DNA of 61,853 nt, taken from NCBI GenBank assembly GCA_014360055.1, contig JACIYH010000004.1, forward strand, positions 1 through 61,853, in the 5' to 3' direction. Under the pieces are notes generated by a model. The model ran no database searches, had not been told where the DNA came from, and was given only the letters and a program-made list of their open reading frames with translations. A program made the translations under genes and the position numbers. The stretch comes from Bacillota bacterium (GTDB lineage Bacteria > Bacillota > Sulfobacillia > JACIYH01). Positions within the stretch are counted from its first letter, which is position 1, and every line of letters starts with the position of its first letter. Shown one piece after another: positions 54,319 through 61,853 of this stretch.

Positions 54319-54343
54319 GCGGGGGCGGGCCAACCGCCCCCGC
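54319..54343 (+). terminator. 10-bp perfect GC hairpin after ald
   Basis: gcgggggcgg-gccaa-ccgcccccgc, 15 nt after the stop. No clear U-tract. Confidence 0.45.
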
Positions 54344-54396
54344 TGCCTATCGGTGTGTTGGCGGCTGCAGGTTGCACCGGGAGTGGTGGTAGAGGC

Positions 54397-56061
54397 GTGT
54401 ACCTTACCGTACGGGAGGCACTGCAGATAGGACCCCTCAGGGAGGCGTCGGTGATCGCCGGGGCCCGCGGCCTGGACCGACAAATCAGGTCCGTCACGGT
54501 CATGGATACACCGGAGATCGAGTTGTGGGTCCGGGGCGGCGAGTTGCTCCTCACCAACGCTTACGTGGTCAAGGACGAGCAGGCACGCCTTATTTCCACG
54601 CTCGAACGCGTTCACGCCCGGGGCGTGGCGGCGGTGGGCATCAAGGTAAGGGATTTCCTGGAGAACGTCGTGCCCCAGCTGATCCGCGTTTGCGAGCGGC
54701 TTGACCTGCCTCTCTTGCAGGTACCCGTCCGTTATCCCTGGGTGGAGATCATCAACAGCCTCCTGGGGGAAATCATCAACCGCCAGGTGCGGGTGCTGGA
54801 GTACGCCCTGGAAGTGCACGAGCGACTGAGCAATGCCGTTCTGGAAGGCGGGGGACTCCAGCAGGTGGCAGAGCAGATCGCCGAACTCACGTCATCTCCG
54901 GTATCCATCCTCGATGCCAACTGGGAACCGCTCGTCAGCGTGAGGGGAGAGCCCCCCGCCCCCGAGGTGCTGGATGGACTGCGCAGGGAGATGGCGGGAA
55001 AATCAGGTCCCTCCGGGGAAGGAGCGGGGCAGCGCGGGGTCAGACAGCGGCTGGCGGTTATTGAGGTGCCCGGTCGGCCCGGCAACGCCGTGGCCGTGGT
55101 GAGGATGGCCGCGGGGCGCGAAGTGTACGGCTACGTGGTAGTTTCCGGGTTGACCCGACCCCTGGGTGATTTTGAGGCGGTCGGGGTGGAGCAGGGCGCG
55201 ATCGCTGCTGCCTTCGAGATCTTGCGGGATCGAACCGCCCGGGCGGTGGAGCGGCGCTTCCGCGACACCTTCCTGTTCGACCTGCTGTCAGGTAACATCG
55301 GCGACCGCGACCTCGCCGCAGCCAGGGCCAGGGCGCTGGGGTGGAACCTGGCGGGGCCGTACGTGGTGGCCGTGATATCTCTGGACGACCCGGGCGTCTG
55401 GCCGCGCCGGGACGGCCTGGAAGCGGGCCGGCTGGTGAGACAGGCAGTGGTGTCCGCGCTCGGGCTGCAGGCCGGGGTGGTATGGCTTGAGCGCACGGAC
55501 GGCGTAGTCGTGTGTGTCCCCATGCGGGCAAACAGCAACAATCGCATTCTGCGGCTGCTGGGCGAGAAGCTGAAAAGGGCCGCCGACCAATCGCACCCTG
55601 GATGCAGTGTGACCCTGGCGTTGGGCCGGGTGCACGAAGACATCATGGGGCTGGCAGTGAGCTACCGGGAAGCAAAGCAGGCCCTCGATCTGGGGCGTCG
55701 CCTCTGGGGCGGCAACCGGGTGATCCTGTACGACGAACTGGGTTTCTACCGTATCTTGAGCCAGTACCCGTTGGACTCCGAGGAGATGCGCCAGTTCTGT
55801 CAGGATACGCTCGGGCCTGTGGTCGAATATGATCGGCGAACCAGGTCGGACCTGCTCAAGACGCTGGAAGTATACCTGGACTGTATGGGCAGCTGGAACA
55901 GGGCGGCCGAGGTCTTGTGCGTCCACCCGAACACACTGGGGTACCGCCTGAACAGGATTCAGGAGTTGCTGGGGGTCGACCTGAACTCGCCCGAGCAGCG
56001 GTTACACCTGCAACTGGCATTAAAGATCCTGCGCATTGGTGACGGGGCCGGGTTATCCTAA
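54397..56061 (+). CDS. PucR-family transcriptional regulator
   Basis: N-terminal purine-catabolism-regulator-like domain (LTVREALQI..VIAGARGLDR.IRSVTVMD). C-terminal PucR HTH (NRAAEVLCVHPNTLGYRLNRIQELLGVDL). Confidence 0.8.
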   Translation: MYLTVREALQIGPLREASVIAGARGLDRQIRSVTVMDTPEIELWVRGGELLLTNAYVVKDEQARLISTLERVHARGVAAVGIKVRDFLENVVPQLIRVCERLDLPLLQVPVRYPWVEIINSLLGEIINRQVRVLEYALEVHERLSNAVLEGGGLQQVAEQIAELTSSPVSILDANWEPLVSVRGEPPAPEVLDGLRREMAGKSGPSGEGAGQRGVRQRLAVIEVPGRPGNAVAVVRMAAGREVYGYVVVSGLTRPLGDFEAVGVEQGAIAAAFEILRDRTARAVERRFRDTFLFDLLSGNIGDRDLAAARARALGWNLAGPYVVAVISLDDPGVWPRRDGLEAGRLVRQAVVSALGLQAGVVWLERTDGVVVCVPMRANSNNRILRLLGEKLKRAADQSHPGCSVTLALGRVHEDIMGLAVSYREAKQALDLGRRLWGGNRVILYDELGFYRILSQYPLDSEEMRQFCQDTLGPVVEYDRRTRSDLLKTLEVYLDCMGSWNRAAEVLCVHPNTLGYRLNRIQELLGVDLNSPEQRLHLQLALKILRIGDGAGLS

Positions 56062-56345
56062 ACGTCGCGGACGGTCTCCGGGATGATGCCTCGCAGGGCC
56101 GGGTCGCCGGCGTGGCGCCACGTGCTGGACGCTGTGCCTGGTGCTTGCGTTGGGGGCCGTGCTCCTGGCTTCGGATGACGGTAACTTTTACACCGGACAG
56201 ACGTTGAGCCCTAACGCCGGGGCGGTTCCTAAAACAGACCATGCGCGGGACCCACCCCGCCCTGGCGGCGGGGTGCGGCCGGTGTTGTGGGTGCTGCGGG
56301 ACAGGTGATAAGATATGGGGGACTGCGGCCGCGGGGGGTGGGTTT

Positions 56346-56654
56346 GTGCCCTTGAGTATTGCGGAAGTCGAGCATGTGGCCTGGCTGGCACGCCTGGCCC
56401 TCACTGAGGAGGAGAAGAGGGTCATGGCGGAACAGTTGGGCCGCATACTGGACTACATGGAGAAGCTCAGGGAACTGGACACCGAAGAGGTGCCCCCCAC
56501 CTTCCATACCCTGGAGGGCATGAGGGTGCCGTTGCGGGGGGACGATCCCCGCCCGGGGCTGGAGCGCGAGGAGGCGCTGGCGGCTGCCCCCGACCGGGCG
56601 GATGACCTCTTCCGCGTGCCCCGCACGGGCGAGGCGGAAGGTGAGGGAGCATGA
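56346..56654 (+). CDS. gatC: Asp/Glu-tRNA amidotransferase subunit C
   Basis: [50 protein letters not shown] start. It is followed directly by gatA and gatB. Confidence 0.85.
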   Translation: MPLSIAEVEHVAWLARLALTEEEKRVMAEQLGRILDYMEKLRELDTEEVPPTFHTLEGMRVPLRGDDPRPGLEREEALAAAPDRADDLFRVPRTGEAEGEGA

Positions 56655-58183
56655 TCGCTGAAACGGCGGCCGCCATCCGGCGCGGGGAGTTGCGGGCGCG
56701 GGAGCTGGTGGAATCCTGCCTGAGCCGGATCGCTTCCCTGGACGCCCTGCTGGGCTGTTTCCTGACCCTGGACGGCGAGCGGGCCCTGGAGCGGGCCGGC
56801 CACATCGATGAGGAACTGGCGCGGGCCCGCCAGCATGGCGGGCGTGCCGCGGGGGGCACTGGGGGCCTGAAGGCGCGTGGGGGGGCGCCCGGAGCGTCTG
56901 GAGGAAATCAGGCCGGGGATGGGCTCCTCCTGGGCATACCGTATGCGTGCAAGGACAACATCTGCACGCGGGGCGTGCCCACCACCTGTGCCTCCCGCAT
57001 CCTGGAGGGATACGTTCCCCCGTACAGCGCCACGGTGGTGGAAGGGCTGGAGGCAGCGGGGGCCGTTTTGCTGGGGAAGACCAACATGGACGAGTTCGCC
57101 ATGGGTTCTTCCGGGGAAAACTCGGCCTTCTTCCCCACCCGAAACCCCCGCGATACCACCAGGGTGCCGGGGGGGTCTTCGAGCGGGTCGGCCGCGGCGG
57201 TGGCGGCCGGGCTGGTCCCCTTTGCCCTGGGCTCGGACACGGGCGGTTCCGTGCGGCAGCCGGCCTCCTTCTGCGGGGTGGTGGGCTTCAAGCCCACCTA
57301 CGGCCGGGTATCCCGCTACGGCCTGGTGGCGTTCGCCTCCTCGCTGGACCAGATCGGTCCGCTCACGGCCACGGTGGAGGACTGCGCCCTGGTGATGGAG
57401 GTGCTGGCGGGCCACGACCCCCGCGATGCCACCTCGGCCGACGTACCGGTGCCCGCCTACCGCGAGGTACTGGGGCGCGAGGTGCGAGGGATGAAGCTGG
57501 GGGTTCCCCGCGAGTACATGGGGGAGGGGATCGAGCCCGGGGTGCGGGAAGCGGTGGAGGCCGCCCTGCGGGTATTCGAGGACCTGGGCTGCGTGGTGGA
57601 GGAGTGCTCCCTTCCCCACACGGAGTACGCCCTCGCCGTGTACTACCTGGTGGCACCGGCGGAGGCCTCCTCCAACCTGGCCCGCTACGACGGGGTGCGC
57701 TACGGCCTGCGGGTGGAGGGAGGCGACATCACGGGCATGTATTCCCACACCCGCCGCCAGGGATTCGGGGCAGAGGTACGCCGCCGCATCATGCTCGGGA
57801 CCTACGCCCTTTCCGCCGGTTACTACGACGCATACTACCTGAAGGCCCAGAAGGTGAGGACCCTGGTCAAGCGGGACTTCGAGCAGGCTTTTTCGCGCTA
57901 CGATCTCCTGGTGGCGCCTACCTCCCCCACGGTGGCCTTCCGGCTGGGGGAGCGCACGGAGGATCCCCTGAGCATGTACATGGCGGACGTGTGCACCATC
58001 CCGGTCAACCTGGCCGGCATCCCCGCCATATCCATCCCCTGCGGGGAGGAGGCGGGGCTGCCCGTGGGACTTCAGATCATGGGGCCTCCCTTCGCGGAGT
58101 CCACCATCCTGCAGGCGGCGCACGCCTTCGAGCGGGCCACGGTCGGGGCATCCTGGCGCCGCCGGGGAGGTGAGGGGCGGTGA
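56651..58183 (+). CDS. gatA: Asp/Glu-tRNA amidotransferase subunit A
   Basis: Amidase signature ..[42 protein letters not shown].. . It contains a Gly/Ala-rich insert at about 56828-56923. Confidence 0.9.
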   Translation: MIAETAAAIRRGELRARELVESCLSRIASLDALLGCFLTLDGERALERAGHIDEELARARQHGGRAAGGTGGLKARGGAPGASGGNQAGDGLLLGIPYACKDNICTRGVPTTCASRILEGYVPPYSATVVEGLEAAGAVLLGKTNMDEFAMGSSGENSAFFPTRNPRDTTRVPGGSSSGSAAAVAAGLVPFALGSDTGGSVRQPASFCGVVGFKPTYGRVSRYGLVAFASSLDQIGPLTATVEDCALVMEVLAGHDPRDATSADVPVPAYREVLGREVRGMKLGVPREYMGEGIEPGVREAVEAALRVFEDLGCVVEECSLPHTEYALAVYYLVAPAEASSNLARYDGVRYGLRVEGGDITGMYSHTRRQGFGAEVRRRIMLGTYALSAGYYDAYYLKAQKVRTLVKRDFEQAFSRYDLLVAPTSPTVAFRLGERTEDPLSMYMADVCTIPVNLAGIPAISIPCGEEAGLPVGLQIMGPPFAESTILQAAHAFERATVGASWRRRGGEGR

Positions 58184-59712
58184 GCGAAGTGCAGACGGGG
58201 CGGCCGGTACGCGCGGGCGGGCCTGCCAGCGCACCCGGCGGCGTGGCGGCCGGTGTACCCGCCGGGTGGGAGGCGGTCATCGGCCTGGAGGTGCACGTCG
58301 AGCTTTCCACCGCCTCCAAGATGTTCTGCAACTGCCCCACCCGGTTCGGAGCCCCGCCCAACAGCCAGGTGTGCCCGGTGTGCCTGGGGCTCCCCGGGGT
58401 GCTGCCCGTGCCCAACCGCCAGGCGGTGGAGCTGGCCGTGCGGGCGGCACTGGCCCTCAACTGCAAGGTGGCCACCTACAGCAAGTTCGACCGTAAGAAC
58501 TACTTCTACCCCGATATGCCCAAGAACTATCAGATATCGCAGTATGACCTGCCCCTGGCCACGGACGGCTACCTGGAGGTACCGGAGGGCGAGGGTAGCA
58601 GGCGGATACGCATCCGCCGGCTCCACCTGGAGGAGGACACCGGGAAATCCATGCACGCCGCCGACGACATCGTGACGGCGCGCTACTCCCTGCTGGATTT
58701 CAACCGGGCGGGCATCCCCCTGGTGGAGATCGTCTCCGAGCCCGACATTGCCACCCCCGAGCAGGCCCGGCTCTACCTGGAAAAGCTGAAGGCCATCATG
58801 CAGTACTGCGGGGTGTCCGACTGCCGCATGGAGGAGGGCTCCCTGCGGTGCGACATCAACGTCTCCGTACGGCGTCCGGGCGGCCGGGCGGGGACCCGCA
58901 CCGAAGTCAAAAATGTCAACTCCTTCCGGGCCGTGGAGCGGGCGCTCACCTATGAGATCGCGCGCCAGGTGGAGGTGCTGGAGGCCGGGGGCGAGGTGGA
59001 GCAGGAGACCCGTCACTGGGACGAGGGGGCGGGGTGCACGCGTACCCTGCGTACCAAGGAGTACGCGCACGACTACCGTTACTTCCCCGACCCCGACCTG
59101 CCGCCCCTGGTCCTGGACCCCGCCTGGATAGAAGAAATCAGGCGGTCGCTCCCCGAGTTACCGGACGCCCGCCGGGAGCGGTACGTGCGCGAGATGGGGT
59201 TGCCCCCGTACGACGCCGGCGTAATCACCGCTTCCCGGGCCCTGGCCGAGTTCTTCGAGGAGACGGTGCGCGCCTACCCGCAACCGAAAACCGTCTCCAA
59301 CTGGGTCATGGGGGAGGTGCGTCGCTACCTGAACGAGCACGGCCTGGAGCCGGAGCAGATCCCCGTGCGTCCCGCGGACCTGGCCGACCTGCTGGCCATG
59401 GTGGAACGGGGCACCGTCAACATGCGGGCGGCCAGGCAGGTGTTCACGGAGATGTGCGAGAGTGGCCGTCCCCCCGCCGAAATCGTGCGGGAGCGGGGGC
59501 TCGAGCAGGTGAGCGACGAGTCGCTGATCGAGCGGGCCGTGGATGAGGCCATCGCCGGGAATCCCGCCGTGGTGGCGGACTACCGCAAGGGGAAGGAGAA
59601 GGCGCTGGGATTCCTGGTGGGCCAGGTGATGAAGGCCACCCGGGGCCGGGCCAACCCGCAGGTGGTCAACCGGCTGCTGCGCGAACGGCTGGGCCCGCCC
59701 GGCACCGGCTAG
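58180..59712 (+). CDS. gatB: Asp/Glu-tRNA amidotransferase subunit B
   Basis: [23 protein letters not shown]...[14 protein letters not shown]...LHLEEDTGK. The N-terminal approx. 30 aa may be filler. Confidence 0.9.
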   Translation: MSEVQTGRPVRAGGPASAPGGVAAGVPAGWEAVIGLEVHVELSTASKMFCNCPTRFGAPPNSQVCPVCLGLPGVLPVPNRQAVELAVRAALALNCKVATYSKFDRKNYFYPDMPKNYQISQYDLPLATDGYLEVPEGEGSRRIRIRRLHLEEDTGKSMHAADDIVTARYSLLDFNRAGIPLVEIVSEPDIATPEQARLYLEKLKAIMQYCGVSDCRMEEGSLRCDINVSVRRPGGRAGTRTEVKNVNSFRAVERALTYEIARQVEVLEAGGEVEQETRHWDEGAGCTRTLRTKEYAHDYRYFPDPDLPPLVLDPAWIEEIRRSLPELPDARRERYVREMGLPPYDAGVITASRALAEFFEETVRAYPQPKTVSNWVMGEVRRYLNEHGLEPEQIPVRPADLADLLAMVERGTVNMRAARQVFTEMCESGRPPAEIVRERGLEQVSDESLIERAVDEAIAGNPAVVADYRKGKEKALGFLVGQVMKATRGRANPQVVNRLLRERLGPPGTG

Positions 59713-59861
59713 CCTGCCGGCCTCCCGGTACCCGACCGCAGCAGCCGGGGGGGAGACAGCCTCCCGCGGGTGCCCGGTGCGCCGGGGGACCGCCCGGCCG
59801 CGCCCTGCCGGCGAGGCCGGGTCGGGTGAGCGAAGGGCAATGTGAGGAGGAGGAGTCGCCG

Positions 59862-60854
59862 ATGCCAGGTTTGCTTACCCCGCTGGAGTTCAAAGGGTTG
59901 GTGTTGCGGAACCGTATCGTGATGCCCCCCATGGCATCCGACGTGGCCACGCCCGAAGGTGAGCCCACGCGCCGTCATTACGACCACTATCTCCCCCGCG
60001 CCCGCGGGGGAGTGGGCCTGGTCATCGTCGAGCACAGCTACATAGAGGTGCGGGGACGCCTCACCCGCACCCAGCTGGGCATCCACCACGATGGCATGGT
60101 GGAGCCCTTCCGGCGCCTGGCGGACGCCATCCGTGAGACGGGGGCCAGGGTGGCCGTGCAGATCACCCACGCCGGGGGTGCCACCACGGAAGAGGTGTGC
60201 GGTACCAGGCCCGTGGGGCCCTCCGAGGTGCCACATCCCCGCACGGGGAAGGCACCCCGTGCCCTGGGCGAGGATGAACTCCCCGCGCTGGTGGAAGCCT
60301 TTGCGGCGGCAGCGCGGCGGGTGCGGATGGCCGGGTTCGATGCGGTGGAGATCCACGGCGCCCACGGTTTTCTGCTCAACCAGTTCCTCTCGCCCCTCAC
60401 CAACCAGCGCCGGGATGGCTACGGAGGTCCGCTGGAGAGGCGGGCCCGTTTCCCCCTGGAGGTGGTGAGGGCGGTGAGGCAGGCGGTGGGGCCGGATTAC
60501 CCGGTGATGTACCGGTTGGGGGCGGCGGACAACCTGCCCGGTGGCCTCACCCTGGAGGAGGCCCAGGCAGTGGCTCCCCGGCTGGTGGAGGCGGGCGTCG
60601 ACCTCCTGGACATATCCGGCGGACTGGGCGGGTCGCGCCCGGCCGGTGCTCCCCCGGGTTATTTCGTACCCCTGGCGGTGGGCATCAAGGCAGTGGTGAA
60701 GGTGCCCGTGGTGGTCACGGGGGGCATCACCGACCCCCACTTCGCCGACGAGATCGTGCGCGAGGGTAAGGCCGACCTGGTGGGAATCGGCAGGGCTTTG
60801 CTGGCCGATGCCGACTGGGCGAAGAAGGCCATCGCCGCCCTGGCGACGTCCTGA
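59862..60854 (+). CDS. NADH:flavin oxidoreductase (Old Yellow Enzyme family)
   Basis: LTPLEFKGLVLRNRIVMPPM..., ..QITHAGG.., ..EIHGAHGFLLNQFLSPLTNQRRDGYGG.. . ATG 59862 sits behind GAGGAGGAGGAG. Confidence 0.8.
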   Translation: MPGLLTPLEFKGLVLRNRIVMPPMASDVATPEGEPTRRHYDHYLPRARGGVGLVIVEHSYIEVRGRLTRTQLGIHHDGMVEPFRRLADAIRETGARVAVQITHAGGATTEEVCGTRPVGPSEVPHPRTGKAPRALGEDELPALVEAFAAAARRVRMAGFDAVEIHGAHGFLLNQFLSPLTNQRRDGYGGPLERRARFPLEVVRAVRQAVGPDYPVMYRLGAADNLPGGLTLEEAQAVAPRLVEAGVDLLDISGGLGGSRPAGAPPGYFVPLAVGIKAVVKVPVVVTGGITDPHFADEIVREGKADLVGIGRALLADADWAKKAIAALATS

Positions 60855-60890
60855 CTCCGCAGGCCACAGCGGTGCGAGGGACCATCGGCC

Positions 60891-61217
60891 ATGAGCAGGT
60901 ATTGTGTCGTGTACGTTACGGCGGGTAATGAGGAGGAGGCCACGGCCCTGGGGGAGGCGGCCGTCGCCGCGCGCCTGGCCGCGTGCGCCAATGTGATCCC
61001 GGGTATGAGGTCCGTGTACTGGTGGGAGGGGAAACTGGAGCGCGCAGGGGAGGCGATTCTCATCCTTAAGACCAGGACGGACCTGGTGCCGGCTCTGCGC
61101 GATGAGATCAGGAGCCGGCACAGCTACCAGGTGCCCGCCTTCCTGGTCGTCCCTCTCGACCAGGTTGAACCGACTTATGCCTCCTGGATGGAGTCAGTCC
61201 TCAGGCCCTCAGGGTGA
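60891..61217 (+). CDS. cutA: divalent-cation tolerance protein CutA
   Basis: VVYVTAGNEEEA..LAACANVIPGMRSVYWWEGKLE...EAILILKT...HSYQVP. Confidence 0.85.
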   Translation: MSRYCVVYVTAGNEEEATALGEAAVAARLAACANVIPGMRSVYWWEGKLERAGEAILILKTRTDLVPALRDEIRSRHSYQVPAFLVVPLDQVEPTYASWMESVLRPSG

Positions 61218-61272
61218 ACTCCGTCCCGTCGTCCATGCGCACCACCATAGTGCGGCCACGCCGCGCTCTCTT

Positions 61273-61794
61273 TCAGCGGCCCTCTACCAGCCCTTTGACG
61301 CCCCGGAAGGCACGTACCAGTACCGCTCCCAGCACCACGCTGGCCAGCCCCTGCAGGCCGTTCTCGGGGATGGTGGCGAGCGCGGGCGCGAAACCGTGCA
61401 GCACCACCACAGAGGCCAGGTAGTACCCGGTGACCATCCAGGCGGCGCCGGCCACCATGGCCCCCACCGTGGCCGCAGTCAGGGCATGTCCGCGGGCAAA
61501 GGGGCGATGGGCCAGCACGCCCACCAGGAGTCCCTCCAGGCCCTTGATGGCCAGGGTCCACGGGGCCCACATGGCATACCCGGTCAGCACGTCCGCCAGC
61601 GCCGACCCCACCCCCCCGGCGATGGCCCCGGTGCGGGGACCCAGCCAGAGGGCCGCCCAGAAGATGACGGCCTCTCCCACGTTCAGGTACCCCTGGGTGG
61701 CACCGGTGGGGATCTTGATGGCCATGGTGGCTATGGCCACCAGGGCGACAAACAGAGCGGTCAAAACGACTTCCCTCAGCACATTCCTCGACAT
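61273..61794 (-). CDS. ECF-transporter S component-like membrane protein
   Basis: 173 aa with 5-6 TM segments. The pattern ..IKIPTGATQGYLNVGEAVIFWAALWLGPRTGAIAGGVGSALADVL.. is typical of ECF substrate-capture components. The substrate is unknown. Confidence 0.6.
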   Translation of the reverse strand: MSRNVLREVVLTALFVALVAIATMAIKIPTGATQGYLNVGEAVIFWAALWLGPRTGAIAGGVGSALADVLTGYAMWAPWTLAIKGLEGLLVGVLAHRPFARGHALTAATVGAMVAGAAWMVTGYYLASVVVLHGFAPALATIPENGLQGLASVVLGAVLVRAFRGVKGLVEGR

Positions 61795-61853
61795 GCCAAA
61801 CCCCCCTTGTCGTATTGGGGAGCCCGGGGCTGCTAGCAGAAGGGCTCCCTCGC

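Noticed and set aside
54352-54378. TTGGCGGCTGCAGGTTGCA upstream of the PucR gene as a sigma-54 promoter.
   Set aside because: The GG to GC spacing is 12 nt rather than the canonical 10.
61795-61853. Possible riboswitch upstream of the ECF S-component gene (small palindrome ctgctagcag).
   Set aside because: Only about 59 nt of the leader lie inside the window, and no diagnostic riboswitch motif is recognisable.

Overview
The window is visibly GC-rich (GC content not computed). Its gene content is Gram-positive/clostridial in type: an SLH protein, a SCIFF peptide with its radical-SAM maturase, gatCAB, sigma-54 elements and a tungsten AOR. Most long antisense ORFs in the supplied track are high-GC shadow ORFs. 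I read four blocks.

(1) 1-9210: a defence-island-like region.
- A minus-strand, tightly coupled operon encodes a DNA methyltransferase, a NurA-like nuclease and a HerA-like ATPase.
- A fourth coiled-coil/transmembrane ORF follows. It runs off the left edge and is missing from the ORF track.
- A NERD / DUF429 / TPR-like cassette is transcribed divergently.
- This is my best candidate for an undescribed system: a methylation-guarded HerA/NurA module.

(2) 9.6-21.6 kb: miscellaneous genes with signs of decay.
- Intact genes: SLH protein, MBL hydrolase, GNATs, the SCIFF precursor with ScfB, DUF1028, a nitroreductase and a wHTH-nuclease fusion.
- Decayed genes: a NUDIX remnant and an alcohol dehydrogenase remnant.
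- Several 31-36 nt tandem-repeat arrays are present.

(3) 21.6-34.6 kb: a roughly 12 kb segment bracketed by an imperfect ~0.5 kb inverted repeat.
- The repeat has a ~95 nt core that differs at only one position between copies and folds into a long hairpin.
- No recombinase is visible.
- The segment holds a sigma-54 activator, an OYE/FAD reductase, an MFS transporter, Fe-S and SAM-methyltransferase genes, and a decayed corner (truncated MFS gene, oppC fragment, 39-nt arrays).

(4) 34.6-56 kb: a large nitrogen-compound catabolic supercluster.
- It lies behind a near-consensus sigma-54 promoter and ends in a PucR regulator.
- Content: two Na+/solute symporters, three class-III aminotransferases, a ferredoxin plus aldehyde:ferredoxin oxidoreductase, and two short DDAH-like guanidino-modifying enzymes.
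- It also has a divergent carbamoyltransferase, carbamate kinase plus a degenerate paralogue, MmsA-type aldehyde dehydrogenase and alanine dehydrogenase.
- I infer an ADI-like, ATP-yielding pathway for unidentified guanidino/ureido compounds.

The right end carries housekeeping genes: gatCAB, an OYE reductase, cutA and an ECF S-component.

All family calls rest on motifs read by eye. No database search was run.
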